This document shows, one piece after another, positions 29,101 through 39,470 of a stretch of 64,000 nucleotides of DNA. The position numbers were made by a program, and so were the translations under genes. Origin of the DNA: Escherichia coli. GTDB taxonomy: Bacteria; Pseudomonadota; Gammaproteobacteria; Enterobacterales; Enterobacteriaceae. The notes under the pieces are model-generated. The model had not been told where the DNA came from, did not search any database, and was given only the letters and a program-made list of their open reading frames with translations. The stretch lies in the NCBI RefSeq assembly GCF_048403405.1, contig NZ_CP183129.1; one strand, written 5' to 3'. The number at the start of each line of letters is the position of its first letter. Within the stretch, counting starts at the first letter, position 1.

Positions 29101-29775
29101 TTCACTCTGGCCTGTAGCAATACTCAGTGCCTGAGCCATCTGATCGTTTATCATCAGATAAACATCACGTTCGTCTTCCCAGCGAGACCCTGTAATGTCC
29201 GCGAAGGCTGCCCTAAAGGTATCAAATTGTCCACGCTTATCGAGCTCACGTTCCAGATGTGCAATATGTGGGAAGTCGCCACAATAACCAGCTAGTTCGT
29301 TAAAGACTTTCAGAAAGACTTTGAGTATGGCATCAACGCCATCTTCAACATTCGCACGTGAGTCAATATTGAATAATATGACATCGGTCGGATGTTGTAC
29401 CGATTTCCGAATATCAGCCAATAGCAGTGCATCATCAATTTTCTCTTCAAAGAAGGAAAGTGCATTACGAGTGACACCATTATGGCTTACTTCGCGGTTC
29501 GCCAGTAGATAGGATAAGATCTTAATGAAGTGTGATTTACCCGAACCAAAGAAGCCTGAAACCCAGACGCCTATTTTGTCAGCAAGCTGTAATCTGCCAG
29601 GGCCAGTAGCAGGGGCATATACTTCAAAGAACTGACGCAGGTGACCATCCAGCTCTCTGGTAATGACATACTCATCCAGTTCTATCCAGGCGCTTTCGTC
29701 GTCGGTCTGCTCGGCTTTAACCACGCCGTTAATATTACGTTTTAGCTGTTTCTCAAAAATTTGTTCAATATTCAT
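26161..29775 (-). CDS. brxC: BREX BrxC/PglY (large P-loop ATPase)
   Basis: 1204-aa ORF with N-terminal Walker A (GFFGSGKSHFIKIL); position between brxB and pglX. Confidence 0.85.
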   Translation of the reverse strand: MNIEQIFEKQLKRNINGVVKAEQTDDESAWIELDEYVITRELDGHLRQFFEVYAPATGPGRLQLADKIGVWVSGFFGSGKSHFIKILSYLLANREVSHNGVTRNALSFFEEKIDDALLLADIRKSVQHPTDVILFNIDSRANVEDGVDAILKVFLKVFNELAGYCGDFPHIAHLERELDKRGQFDTFRAAFADITGSRWEDERDVYLMINDQMAQALSIATGQSEESSRQWIEQLDKNFPLDIKNFCTWVKEWLDSHGNRNILFMVDEVGQFIGKDAQMMLKLQTITENLGVICGGRAWVIVTSQADINAAIGGMSSRDGQDFSKIQGRFSTRLQLSSSNTSEVIQKRLLVKTDAAIPALEAIWQEKGDILRNQLAFDTTTTATLRAYTNSREFVDNYPFVPWHYQILQKVFESIRTKGAAGKQLAMGERSLLDAFQSAAVQISADGLDSLVPFWRFYSAIESFLEPAVSRTIIQACQSPSLTEFDGKLLKTLFLIRYVDVLKSTLDNLVTLSIERIDTDKVELRRQIEASLNRLQAEMLISRIDDKFVFLTNEEKEIENEIRNIDVEFTTINKQLSTIIFEEILKNKRYRYPANKQDFDISRFCNGHPLDGANLNDLVVKVLTPLDSNYESYKGAHSNSLLMTDSKDCILICLPDEARTWQDLTMYAQTKAFLSKQSGQRPEQATLLAEKGRENSMREKTLKAQIEGLLAQADVWALGERLDKKSSSPLAIVDAACGYVIENSFSKLKLLRLSTGDVNRETHALLTVENDTQLDLGGMEESNPEAMREVDNWISMSIETHKPVYLRDILTTFGRRPFGWPEDEVKLLVARLARSGKYSFTLQGSEIALKQAWDAFNNSRRYSDLRLHKVRRHDEAQLTKAAQLMAEIAGEPFNEREEQSLVSHIRELFGRWNSELTVFKTRAESGQNPGRKEIEEGLVLLNGILNEKEEYAVIEKITAAADDLKDFSEDWDDLVSFYKNQYATWQRLSMALNGSFKANRNALDKDETAQKALQELEGIYSKARPYGELHRIIPLIETVETINQRLVEEYRSHALLQIDGHINELKQSMQEMHVPADLQHSLLHPMQQSRKKVEQNGLIPQIMEEQAEVRALQFKANERLNGWVEDQRKKVSDPKPAPQPGIIDPVVKPEPKLKKTIYVNTRKTMERAAGVTTLDNAEQVDKALEQLRKTLMDAINAGERVQLQ

Positions 29776-29787
29776 TGCTGTCGTCTT

Positions 29788-30390
29788 TTAACGAGGAGTC
29801 AAAGTCGCCGCCGGTCTGGTTTCTGGTACCAGTCTGAAGGCGCGGTAATAGTTACGAGAATTAATGCCAGCGAGTGGAGAAAGATCGTATCCGCTATAGG
29901 TGCCTGGATAGAACATCAGCAATGGTGTAAATCCCATCACGTCCTGAAGTGCGCTCATTAGCTCATGACCACGAACCAACGGCCAGGCGTTACCAAGTCC
30001 CGTCAGAATGACAAATTGCTGCGCAGGAAGATCGACCGTGCGTGCAATATATTCCGCGATTTTTTTCTGGCTTAGCGGGGCAGCCAGATGCTTTTTCAGT
30101 GTCTCAAGGCCAAGCTCAGGCTCTCGTTGGCAGATACGTTCAAAGAGCTTACGTTCTTCCAACATATCGATGATAATCTGGAAGATATTTAGCGTTTTAT
30201 AGGTGTACTTTTTATCCAGTTTTTTGAATAAAAAGTGCAAGTACTCGCGGACCTGAAGCTCTTGTTTTGCCGGATAATCAAAGATCCAGAAGCCAATCTC
30301 ATTGCCGGAACCTTGGTTTTTCAAAAAACGGTCGTCGCCGATACGTTCTTCTAACTGTTTTAATCGGTATTCAAGGATCGGGTCATTCAT
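29788..30390 (-). CDS. brxB: BREX BrxB (DUF1788-like)
   Basis: 200-aa ORF between brxA and brxC; 4-nt overlap with brxA. Confidence 0.7.
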   Translation of the reverse strand: MNDPILEYRLKQLEERIGDDRFLKNQGSGNEIGFWIFDYPAKQELQVREYLHFLFKKLDKKYTYKTLNIFQIIIDMLEERKLFERICQREPELGLETLKKHLAAPLSQKKIAEYIARTVDLPAQQFVILTGLGNAWPLVRGHELMSALQDVMGFTPLLMFYPGTYSGYDLSPLAGINSRNYYRAFRLVPETRPAATLTPR

Positions 30391-31007
30391 GCGTTACCCT
30401 CCAGAATAGGGAGCAGTTCGGCTTTGTTTAAACGATGCAAGGCCGCTGCAACAACTGGTAGCAGGAAAACGTTTTGTAAATTGCGGCGGCGTGGGCTATC
30501 CAGGTAACCAGCTTCTGCGAGAGCCTTAATAAGATTGTTACCCATCTTTTGGATCGATGAATCAGAAAAAGCTGCCAGTTCCGGGTGTAAACGGAGATTC
30601 TCATCCACAAACTCACTCCAACAATTTATACCAAGCTTTTCTTTAAACTGCTGACGAGCTGGATTTACAACTTCAGCAATAAACGTCGCAACAACTGGAG
30701 ACTGGATCATCAACGCAACCAACAACATTTGCAGACGCTCGCTTTCACTGCCATCAGCAATCAGTTGCCAGCACTCCCGATCCAGGGTCATCAATCGCAG
30801 CCTTAAGGTTCGGGCATAACGATTTGCCGTACTCGTGGAGGACGCCTGAAGAATATTTTCATTGATTATTTGCTGCTGCCAGGTTGTTTCATCTGGTTCA
30901 GAGAGCAACAGCTCAGCAATGGTTCGGCTCTCACGAACCATCAACGAACCACCCAGCAGATCGCCAATCCAGCGTTTGTCATTTTTTGTCATGGTATTTA
31001 TCATCAA
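30387..31007 (-). CDS. brxA: BREX BrxA (DUF1819-like)
   Basis: 206-aa first gene of the operon, preceded by ~570 bp of non-coding DNA. Confidence 0.7.
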   Translation of the reverse strand: MMINTMTKNDKRWIGDLLGGSLMVRESRTIAELLLSEPDETTWQQQIINENILQASSTSTANRYARTLRLRLMTLDRECWQLIADGSESERLQMLLVALMIQSPVVATFIAEVVNPARQQFKEKLGINCWSEFVDENLRLHPELAAFSDSSIQKMGNNLIKALAEAGYLDSPRRRNLQNVFLLPVVAAALHRLNKAELLPILEGNA

Positions 31008-31574
31008 AAATCCGGAATGCTGCTCGCAAAAATCAAGTAATGATTGTAATCGGCATGCAAGATAGATGCTATGACTATGGTCAGCTCAATATACGTTCAT
31101 AGTACGAGTACAGTTATAAAAATGGGAGGGTTAACCAGTTCCGGTATCTTTTCCTACACAAACATATACTTGAGATCGTGCCCGCATCGTGGACAATGTT
31201 TAACCATGATGATTTTATATCAACGAAATCAATAGTTTTATTTGAGTTACGGGACGGGGAATGGACAGCAATACTCAAGAATTTACTTCATGCTGGCGAA
31301 TACCTTAGCTGATGCCGAGTCTGGAAAATGTAATGATGTGATGGACGACCTTTCCTGAAGCAGACAGTGCCATACTTTTACTGTCTGCGTTTGCTAAGGG
31401 AGTAAATCACATCACTACAAATAGTCCTTCTGTGTCAGCTTTTACGCCGAATGCTAAGCTCCTCTTTAGGGGGCGATCTTATGATTCCGGTGGCATTAGC
31501 TGGAATAAAAAAGAATTTATTGAGCCGGTTGCTCTTCCCCCCAGGGGAAGAGCATGTGTGTGAATAGCGTTCTG

Positions 31575-32920
31575 TCACCTTCTCAGCGGATTGTTAACCT
31601 TTGCATATTCAAACGGACTGATACCCTTCTCTCTGTTCGCATCCAGAAAATCCGCCCACCACTGTAACATCAGCTTGCGCTCATCCAGATGTTCCGCTTT
31701 ATGGATATACGCCGCCCTCACCGAATTGCGTTCCATATGGCTCATCTGCCTTTCCACCGCATCCTTCGACCATAGCCCTGACTCAATTAACGAACTACAG
31801 ACCATTGTGCGGAAGCCGTGGCCGCAAACTTCAACCTTAGTGTCATAACCCATCACCCGTAGTGCACTGTTTACCGTGTTCTCGCTCATGGGCTTACGCG
31901 GATCATGATCGCCAATAAAAATCAGCTCATGTTCGCCACAGAACTGTTTTATCTGCTTCAGGGTCGCTAGCGCCTGCTTTGAAAGCGGCACTAGATGAGG
32001 TGTACGCATCTTTGATCCTCGCTGAGAATGTTTCACGCCGGGAATAGGCTCTCGCTCAGGCGGGATGGTCCACATCGACGTGTCGAAATCTATCTCCGAC
32101 CAGCGAGCAAAACGCAGCTCACTGGATCGAATAAAGATAAGCAGAGTAAGTTCAGTTGCCCAGCGGGTTAGTGGCCTGCCGGTGTATTCATCGATTTTCT
32201 GGAGTAATTCCGGGATACGCTTTAACTCCAGCGCCGGACGATGCTGTCGATTACTGGAAGCAACCGCCCCCGCCATCTCTTGCGCCGGATTGTAATCAAT
32301 TAACCCGCTTTGCACTGCATAACGCATGATGGCCGTAGTGCGCTGTTGAAGGCGGGAAGCCACTTCAAGACGTCCGGACTTCTCCACGGCTTTAATAGGA
32401 ATTAACAGATCGCGGGTGCCTAGTTCAGCAATGTTGCGAGTACCAATTGCCGGGAAGATATTCTCCTCCAAGCTCTTTTTAGACGATTAGCATGATATTC
32501 CGACCATTTTTGGTTGGTCACGAGCCACTATTTGGCAACCTTCTCGAAAGTAATAATCTCTTTCGCCTGCTCTTCTTTCACAGCACGTTTATGCTCACGA
32601 GGATCGATACCAGCAGCTACCAGCTTTCTGGCCTCTTCCCTTTTCTTCCGCGCATCCGCCAGCGAAACATCCGGGTAAACGCCGAACGCCATCAAATGTT
32701 GTTTACCACCAGAACGGAAACGAAATCACCAATACTTTGAACCGCCAGGTTTTACAAGTAAAGACATGCCGTCGCCGTCAACAAGTGAATACTCTTTCTC
32801 CTCTGACTTCACAGAACGAACTTTAGTATCCGTTAGGGCAATAATGGTCTTCCTTCCATTGGTATCTCGTGAGTATACAAGCAATATCGAATCGGCAAAT
32901 ATGCTTATTAGTATACTCAC
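31575..32920 (-). pseudogene. P4-type tyrosine integrase (intB-like), disrupted
   Basis: N-terminal arm-binding fragment (ORF 32726..32920, …LTDTKVRSVK…GGSKYW) ends at an in-frame TGA; catalytic remainder (ORF 31575..32471) is in a different frame. Confidence 0.7.
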
Positions 32921-33007
32921 AAGCCTGTTGATGTGGGTTGAGTCAGGTTGACTTCAGTTGAGGAGAAAAGCTGGAAAAGCCTTGCGTGGTGCGGATTTCA
33001 GGCATAA

Positions 33008-33030
33008 AAAAAGACCTCAGTTGAGGTCTA
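33008..33030 (-). terminator. rho-independent terminator of leuX
   Basis: Hairpin agacctca-ac-tgaggtct followed by a T-run on the minus strand, just past the tRNA 3' end. Confidence 0.5.
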
Positions 33031-33042
33031 TTTACATACTTT

Positions 33043-33127
33043 TGGTGCCGAAGGCCGGACTCGAACCGGCACGTATTTCTACGGTTGATTTTGAATCAAC
33101 TGCGTCTACCGATTTCGCCACTTCGGC
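33043..33127 (-). tRNA. leuX: tRNA-Leu (anticodon CAA)
   Basis: Reverse complement reads GCCGAAGTGGCGAAATCGGTAGACGCAGTTGATTCAAAATCAACCG…GGTTCGAGTCCGGCCTTCGGCACCA, with CAA in the anticodon loop and a 3' CCA. Confidence 0.9.
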
Positions 33128-33322
33128 ACTGAAGAGGTATGCGGAAAACGTTGTGGATTATACCTGTCGCACGCCACCATGCAAGCGCCAGCTTGCTCGC
33201 ACCTCGCTAAGTGCTGAAATTTTCAGCATTGCATACAGCGATGTGTAACCTTTGTCACACTCCAGGCACCCCGCCCTGCCATGCTCTACACTTCCCAGAC
33301 AACACCAGAGAAGGACCAAAAA

Positions 33323-34342
33323 ATGTCGATGATAAAAAGCTACGCCGCAAAAGAGGCTGGCGGCGAACTGGAACTTTATGAGTACGATCCCGGTGAACTG
33401 AAGCCACAAGATGTTGAAGTGCAGGTGGATTACTGCGGGATCTGCCATTCCGATCTGTCGATGATCGACAACGAATGGGGATTTTCACAGTATCCGCTGG
33501 TTGCCGGGCATGAGGTGATTGGGCGCGTGGTGGCACTCGGGAGCGCCGCGCAGGATAAAGGTTTGCAGGTCGGTCAGCGTGTCGGGATTGGCTGGACGGC
33601 GCGTAGCTGTGGTCACTGCGATGCCTGTATTAGCGGTAATCAGATCAACTGCGAGCAAGGCGCGGTGCCAACAATTATGAATCGCGGCGGCTTTGCCAAG
33701 AAGTTGCGTGCGGACTGGCAATGGGTGATCCCACTGCCAGAAAATATTGATATCGAGTCCGCCGGGCCGCTGTTGTGCGGCGGTATCACGGTCTTTAAAC
33801 CACTGTTGATGCACCATATCACTGCTACCAGCCGCGTTGGGGTAATTGGTATTGGCGGGCTGGGGCATATCGCTATAAAACTTCTGCACGCAATGGGATG
33901 CGAGGTGACAGCCTTTAGTTCAAATCCGGCGAAAGAGCAGGAAGTACTGGCGATGGGTGCCGATAAAGTGGTGAATAGCCGCGATCCACAGGCACTGAAA
34001 ACTCTGGCGGGGCAGTTTGATCTCATTATCAATACTGTGAACGTCAGCCTCGACTGGCAGCCTTATTTTGAGGCGCTGACGTATGGCGGTAATTTCCACA
34101 CCGTCGGTGCGGTTCTCACGCCGTTGCCGGTTCCGGCCTTTACGCTGATTGCGGGCGATCGCAGTGTCTCTGGCTCTGCTACCGGTACACCTTATGAGTT
34201 GCGTAAGCTGATGCGCTTTGCCGCCCGCAGCAAGGTTGCGCCGACTACCGAACTGTTCCCGATGTCGAAAATTAACGACGCCATCCAGCATGTGCGCGAC
34301 GGTAAGGCGCGTTACCGCGTGGTGTTGAAAGCCGATTTTTGA
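33323..34342 (+). CDS. ahr: NADPH-dependent aldehyde reductase (zinc alcohol dehydrogenase family)
   Basis: Zinc-ADH motifs (GHEVIG, GICHSDL) and core synteny next to leuX/idnK; start at internal Met (MSMIKSY…). Confidence 0.85.
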   Translation: MSMIKSYAAKEAGGELELYEYDPGELKPQDVEVQVDYCGICHSDLSMIDNEWGFSQYPLVAGHEVIGRVVALGSAAQDKGLQVGQRVGIGWTARSCGHCDACISGNQINCEQGAVPTIMNRGGFAKKLRADWQWVIPLPENIDIESAGPLLCGGITVFKPLLMHHITATSRVGVIGIGGLGHIAIKLLHAMGCEVTAFSSNPAKEQEVLAMGADKVVNSRDPQALKTLAGQFDLIINTVNVSLDWQPYFEALTYGGNFHTVGAVLTPLPVPAFTLIAGDRSVSGSATGTPYELRKLMRFAARSKVAPTTELFPMSKINDAIQHVRDGKARYRVVLKADF

Positions 34343-34345
34343 AAA

Positions 34346-34909
34346 TCATTCGCAGCGCTGATCTGAGGCGCTGCCCTCTTTCGCACATATTCTGTTTTGT
34401 CGTATCGCCAGCACAGCCTGCCGACATTGTTCGGTGACATTGGCAATATCATGGTTGATATCAATGCGCACAATATCCTGCTCATCTTCTTGTGGACGCT
34501 CCAGTGCCTCAAACTGACTTTTTAGTAACGCTACCGGCATAAAATGCCCAGCCCGACGCTGCATTCGCGCGAGAATAGTTTCATAGTCGCCATCTAACCA
34601 GAGGAAATGAACATGGGGGCTACCCTTGCGTAAAATATCACGATACTGTTTTTTTAATGATGAACAGACAATAAATCCTGTTTCATTCTTTTTATAAAGA
34701 CTGTATGAAGCATCATTTAAGCGTTCCAGCCAGGGAAGTCGATCTTCATCAGATAATGGAATACCCTGCGACATTTTATCTATATTTTTGGCTGGATGAA
34801 GATCGTCACCATCAATAAATTTAGCAGATAATAACGCGGCAACCTTGCTACCAATTAATGTTTTACCACTCCCTGAAACGCCCATCAAAATAAAGCTTTC
34901 ACCCGCCAT
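34346..34909 (-). CDS. idnK: gluconokinase (thermosensitive)
   Basis: 187-aa ORF with P-loop (GVSGSGKT); divergent from idnDOTR. Confidence 0.85.
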   Translation of the reverse strand: MAGESFILMGVSGSGKTLIGSKVAALLSAKFIDGDDLHPAKNIDKMSQGIPLSDEDRLPWLERLNDASYSLYKKNETGFIVCSSLKKQYRDILRKGSPHVHFLWLDGDYETILARMQRRAGHFMPVALLKSQFEALERPQEDEQDIVRIDINHDIANVTEQCRQAVLAIRQNRICAKEGSASDQRCE

Positions 34910-35125
34910 TTAAAATCTCCTGAATCATCTTACCTGCTGTGATACTACGCCTGGTGGCATAATAATTTCACGTTTTTTTATTTCTGCTGATAAGAATTAC
35001 AAGGCACATCACGTTATGCGTAACATAGTAATGTAACAATTTTCTAACGTGATCTTCATCACAAATAATGACAATTAAAACCGCTTAAATGCTTCCGAGG
35101 TGTCTACCTGACCAGTGAGAAATTT

Positions 35126-36157
35126 ATGCAAGTGAAAACACAGTCCTGCGTTGTTGCAGGCAAGAAAACTGTTGCCGTTACCGAGCAGACGATAGATTGG
35201 AATAATAATGGAACATTAGTACAAATAACCCGAGGTGGAATTTGCGGTTCCGATTTACATTATTATCAGGAAGGAAAAGTAGGTAATTTCATGATAAAGG
35301 CACCGATGGTGTTAGGTCATGAAGTTATCGGTAAAGTTATTCATAGCGACTCATCAGAATTACATGAAGGGCAAACGGTAGCCATTAATCCGTCTAAACC
35401 GTGCGGTCACTGCAAATACTGCATTGAACATAACGAGAATCAGTGTACAGATATGCGTTTTTTTGGCAGTGCCATGTATTTCCCTCATGTTGATGGTGGT
35501 TTTACCCGTTATAAAATGGTCGAAACGTCGCAATGTGTCCCTTATCCGGCCAAAGCTGACGAAAAGGTTATGGCTTTTGCCGAACCTTTAGCCGTCGCGA
35601 TTCATGCCGCACATCAGGCCGGCGAGTTACAGGGCAAGCGAGTATTTATTTCTGGTGTTGGGCCCATTGGCTGCCTGATTGTCAGTGCTGTGAAAACACT
35701 GGGGGCCGCGGAAATTGTCTGTGCCGATGTGAGTCCCCGTTCCCTTTCGCTGGGCAAAGAGATGGGGGCGGAGGTGCTCGTAAACCCACAAAACGACGAC
35801 ATGGATCACTGGAAAGCGGAAAAAGGCTATTTCGATGTCAGCTTTGAAGTGTCCGGTCATCCTTCATCAGTGAATACCTGTCTGGAGGTCACTCGTGCAC
35901 GCGGCGTAATGGTGCAGGTAGGTATGGGAGGCGCGATGGCAGAATTCCCAATGATGACATTGATTGGTAAGGAGATTTCACTCAAAGGCTCTTTCCGTTT
36001 TACCAGCGAATTTAATACCGCAGTGTCATGGCTGGCGAATGGCGTTATCAATCCACTGCCTTTACTGAGTGCTGAATATCCCTTCACTGACCTGGAAGAG
36101 GCGCTACGTTTCGCCGGTGATAAAACCCAGGCAGCAAAAGTCCAGCTTGTTTTCTAA
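35126..36157 (+). CDS. idnD: L-idonate 5-dehydrogenase
   Basis: 343-aa zinc-ADH-family ORF (GGICGSDLHY, GHEVIG); first gene of the idn operon. Confidence 0.85.
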   Translation: MQVKTQSCVVAGKKTVAVTEQTIDWNNNGTLVQITRGGICGSDLHYYQEGKVGNFMIKAPMVLGHEVIGKVIHSDSSELHEGQTVAINPSKPCGHCKYCIEHNENQCTDMRFFGSAMYFPHVDGGFTRYKMVETSQCVPYPAKADEKVMAFAEPLAVAIHAAHQAGELQGKRVFISGVGPIGCLIVSAVKTLGAAEIVCADVSPRSLSLGKEMGAEVLVNPQNDDMDHWKAEKGYFDVSFEVSGHPSSVNTCLEVTRARGVMVQVGMGGAMAEFPMMTLIGKEISLKGSFRFTSEFNTAVSWLANGVINPLPLLSAEYPFTDLEEALRFAGDKTQAAKVQLVF

Positions 36158-36180
36158 GAGATAAATAAAGGAATAATACA

Positions 36181-36945
36181 ATGAACGATCTATTTTCACT
36201 GGCAGGAAAAAATATCTTGATTACCGGTTCAGCACAGGGCATTGGCTTTTTACTGGCAACCGGCCTGGGTAAATATGGCGCACAAATAATTATTAATGAT
36301 ATTACTGCCGAACGCGCAGAACTTGCTGTAGAAAAACTCCACCAGGAGGGTATTCAGGCCGTTGCCGCACCTTTTAATGTTACTCATAAACATGAAATTG
36401 ATGCCGCCGTTGAACATATCGAAAAGAACATCGGCCCCATTGATGTGCTGGTGAATAACGCCGGTATCCAGCGCCGTCATCCTTTTACTGAGTTCCCTGA
36501 ACAAGAGTGGAATGATGTGATCGCAGTAAACCAGACCGCCGTGTTCCTGGTATCGCAAGCGGTAACTCGTCACATGGTTGAACGCAAGGCAGGTAAAGTT
36601 ATTAATATTTGCTCGATGCAAAGCGAACTGGGACGTGACACCATCACCCCTTATGCCGCATCGAAAGGGGCGGTAAAAATGCTCACCCGCGGCATGTGCG
36701 TCGAGCTGGCGCGCCACAATATTCAGGTCAACGGTATTGCGCCGGGCTATTTCAAAACAGAAATGACTAAAGCACTGGTTGAGGACGAAGCCTTCACCGC
36801 CTGGTTGTGCAAACGGACCCCCGCCGCACGCTGGGGAGATCCGCAGGAACTGATTGGTGCTGCGGTGTTCCTTTCTTCAAAAGCCTCTGATTTCGTAAAC
36901 GGCCACCTGTTGTTTGTTGATGGCGGCATGTTAGTGGCTGTTTAA
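36181..36945 (+). CDS. idnO: 5-keto-D-gluconate 5-reductase (SDR family)
   Basis: 254-aa SDR with TGSAQGIG cofactor motif; operon position. Confidence 0.85.
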   Translation: MNDLFSLAGKNILITGSAQGIGFLLATGLGKYGAQIIINDITAERAELAVEKLHQEGIQAVAAPFNVTHKHEIDAAVEHIEKNIGPIDVLVNNAGIQRRHPFTEFPEQEWNDVIAVNQTAVFLVSQAVTRHMVERKAGKVINICSMQSELGRDTITPYAASKGAVKMLTRGMCVELARHNIQVNGIAPGYFKTEMTKALVEDEAFTAWLCKRTPAARWGDPQELIGAAVFLSSKASDFVNGHLLFVDGGMLVAV

Positions 36946-37009
36946 CAGCCACCACCCTACGTGCAGCGCGAAAGCGCTGCTTTTCTGGCACTAATAAGAG
37001 ATAAAGACT

Positions 37010-38329
37010 ATGCCATTAATCATTATTGCGGCAGGCGTCGCGCTGCTTCTTATCCTGATGATCGGCTTTAAAGTTAACGGCTTTATTGCCCTCGTTCTGG
37101 TAGCTGCCGTCGTCGGATTTGCCGAAGGGATGGATGCACAGGCCGTCCTGCACTCTATACAAAATGGTATCGGCAGCACGCTCGGCGGGCTGGCAATGAT
37201 CCTCGGTTTCGGGGCCATGTTAGGCAAGCTGATTTCTGATACGGGCGCGGCACAACGTATCGCCACTACGCTGATTGCTACTTTTGGTAAAAAACGCGTG
37301 CAATGGGCGCTAGTGATCACCGGTCTGGTTGTGGGCCTCGCCATGTTTTTTGAAGTGGGTTTTGTCCTGCTGTTGCCGTTGGTATTTACCATCGTGGCAT
37401 CATCTGGATTACCCCTGTTGTATGTTGGCGTACCGATGGTAGCAGCGCTCTCTGTAACCCACTGTTTTCTGCCGCCACATCCAGGGCCTACTGCCATCGC
37501 GACTATCTTTGAGGCTAATCTCGGAACGACTTTACTGTATGGATTTATCATTACCATTCCGACAGTTATTGTCGCAGGACCGCTGTTTTCTAAACTGCTA
37601 ACTCGCTTTGAGAAAGCACCACCGGAAGGCTTATTTAATCCTCATCTGTTTAGCGAAGAGGAGATGCCCTCCTTCTGGAACAGTATTTTCGCTGCCGTGA
37701 TCCCGGTCATCCTGATGGCTATCGCCGCCGTTTGTGAAATTACGTTACCGAAAACTAACGCCGTGCGCCTCTTCTTTGAATTTGTCGGTAACCCTGCCGT
37801 TGCGCTGTTTATTGCCATTGTTATTGCGATTTTCACACTGGGCCGACGTAATGGACGCACCATCGAGCAAATCATGGATATCATTGGGGATTCTATAGGC
37901 GCTATCGCGATGATTGTGTTTATTATCGCTGGCGGCGGCGCGTTTAAGCAGGTATTAGTAGATAGCGGTGTCGGGCAGTATATTTCACACTTAATGACCG
38001 GAACTACACTTTCGCCGTTATTGATGTGCTGGACTGTTGCGGCGCTGTTGCGTATCGCTCTGGGCTCTGCCACCGTCGCGGCCATTACCACCGCGGGTGT
38101 GGTGTTGCCGATTATCAACGTTACCCATACCGATCCCGCTTTAATGGTACTGGCAACCGGTGCGGGCAGCGTGATCGCATCACACGTAAACGACCCTGGC
38201 TTCTGGCTATTTAAAGGGTATTTTAATCTGACGGTTGGTGAAACGTTGCGTACCTGGACGGTGATGGAAACCCTTATTTCTATTATGGGTTTGCTGGGCG
38301 TGTTAGCCATTAACGCCGTATTGCACTGA
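37010..38329 (+). CDS. idnT: gluconate/idonate transporter (GntP family)
   Basis: 439-aa polytopic membrane protein; operon position. Confidence 0.85.
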   Translation: MPLIIIAAGVALLLILMIGFKVNGFIALVLVAAVVGFAEGMDAQAVLHSIQNGIGSTLGGLAMILGFGAMLGKLISDTGAAQRIATTLIATFGKKRVQWALVITGLVVGLAMFFEVGFVLLLPLVFTIVASSGLPLLYVGVPMVAALSVTHCFLPPHPGPTAIATIFEANLGTTLLYGFIITIPTVIVAGPLFSKLLTRFEKAPPEGLFNPHLFSEEEMPSFWNSIFAAVIPVILMAIAAVCEITLPKTNAVRLFFEFVGNPAVALFIAIVIAIFTLGRRNGRTIEQIMDIIGDSIGAIAMIVFIIAGGGAFKQVLVDSGVGQYISHLMTGTTLSPLLMCWTVAALLRIALGSATVAAITTAGVVLPIINVTHTDPALMVLATGAGSVIASHVNDPGFWLFKGYFNLTVGETLRTWTVMETLISIMGLLGVLAINAVLH

Positions 38330-38394
38330 AAGAATAAAATATTGTGATGTAGTTTCGGGGGAAGATTGAAGATTCCCCGACGTTGGGAGAAGTT

Positions 38395-39393
38395 ATGCGC
38401 AATCACAGAATTTCTTTACAGGATATCGCTACGCTGGCTGGCGTAACAAAAATGACCGTGAGTCGTTATATCCGCTCGCCGAAAAAGGTGGCAAAGGAAA
38501 CAGGCGAGCGCATCGCCAAAATTATGGAAGAGATCAATTATATCCCTAATCGCGCTCCCGGCATGTTGTTGAATGCACAAAGTTATACCCTCGGTATCTT
38601 GATTCCGTCATTTCAAAATCAACTCTTCGCTGACATTCTCGCGGGAATAGAATCCGTCACCTCTGAGCATAATTATCAGACCCTTATTGCTAATTACAAT
38701 TACGATCGCGATTCCGAAGAAGAGTCGGTGATTAACCTGCTCTCTTATAACATTGACGGGATTATACTTTCGGAAAAATATCACACCATCAGGACGGTGA
38801 AATTTCTGCGTTCAGCCACCATTCCGGTCGTGGAATTGATGGATGTACAGGGAGAACGGCTGGATATGGAGGTCGGTTTTGATAATCGGCAGGCCGCTTT
38901 TGACATGGTGTGTACCATGCTGGAGAAGCGAGTCAGGCACAAAATTCTGTATCTCGGTTCCAAAGATGACACCCGCGATGAACAGCGTTATCAGGGGTAT
39001 TGCGATGCGATGATGCTGCATAATCTTTCCCCATTACGCATGAATCCACGCGCCATCTCATCCATTCATTTAGGAATGCAGTTAATGCGTGATGCCCTTA
39101 GCGCAAACCCGGATTTAGACGGTGTATTTTGCACCAATGACGATATTGCGATGGGTGCGCTTCTGCTGTGCCGCGAGCGAAACCTCGCCGTGCCAGAACA
39201 AATTTCCATTGCGGGTTTTCATGGGCTGGAGATTGGCAGGCAAATGATCCCAAGCCTCGCCAGCGTAATTACTCCCCGTTTTGATATTGGTCGGATGGCC
39301 GCCCAAATGTTGCTGAGCAAAATTAAGAATAACGATCACAACCACAACACTGTTGACCTCGGGTATCAGATTTATCACGGTAACACGCTTTAG
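38395..39393 (+). CDS. idnR: LacI-family regulator of the idn operon
   Basis: N-terminal HTH ([21 protein letters not shown]) with periplasmic-binding-like sensor domain; start at internal Met. Confidence 0.8.
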   Translation: MRNHRISLQDIATLAGVTKMTVSRYIRSPKKVAKETGERIAKIMEEINYIPNRAPGMLLNAQSYTLGILIPSFQNQLFADILAGIESVTSEHNYQTLIANYNYDRDSEEESVINLLSYNIDGIILSEKYHTIRTVKFLRSATIPVVELMDVQGERLDMEVGFDNRQAAFDMVCTMLEKRVRHKILYLGSKDDTRDEQRYQGYCDAMMLHNLSPLRMNPRAISSIHLGMQLMRDALSANPDLDGVFCTNDDIAMGALLLCRERNLAVPEQISIAGFHGLEIGRQMIPSLASVITPRFDIGRMAAQMLLSKIKNNDHNHNTVDLGYQIYHGNTL

Positions 39394-39470
39394 GTTATTT
39401 TCTCTGCATTACACATATTCTCTTTGCCGGACGTTGCCTATACTCCAGGCAGGAAACTGGAGGAAATCTC

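Noticed and set aside
36991-38406. Minus-strand ORFs of 188 and 254 aa inside idnT
   Set aside because: Antisense to a conserved GntP-family transporter gene in an intact operon; low-complexity Ala/Thr/Pro-rich translations typical of antisense frames.
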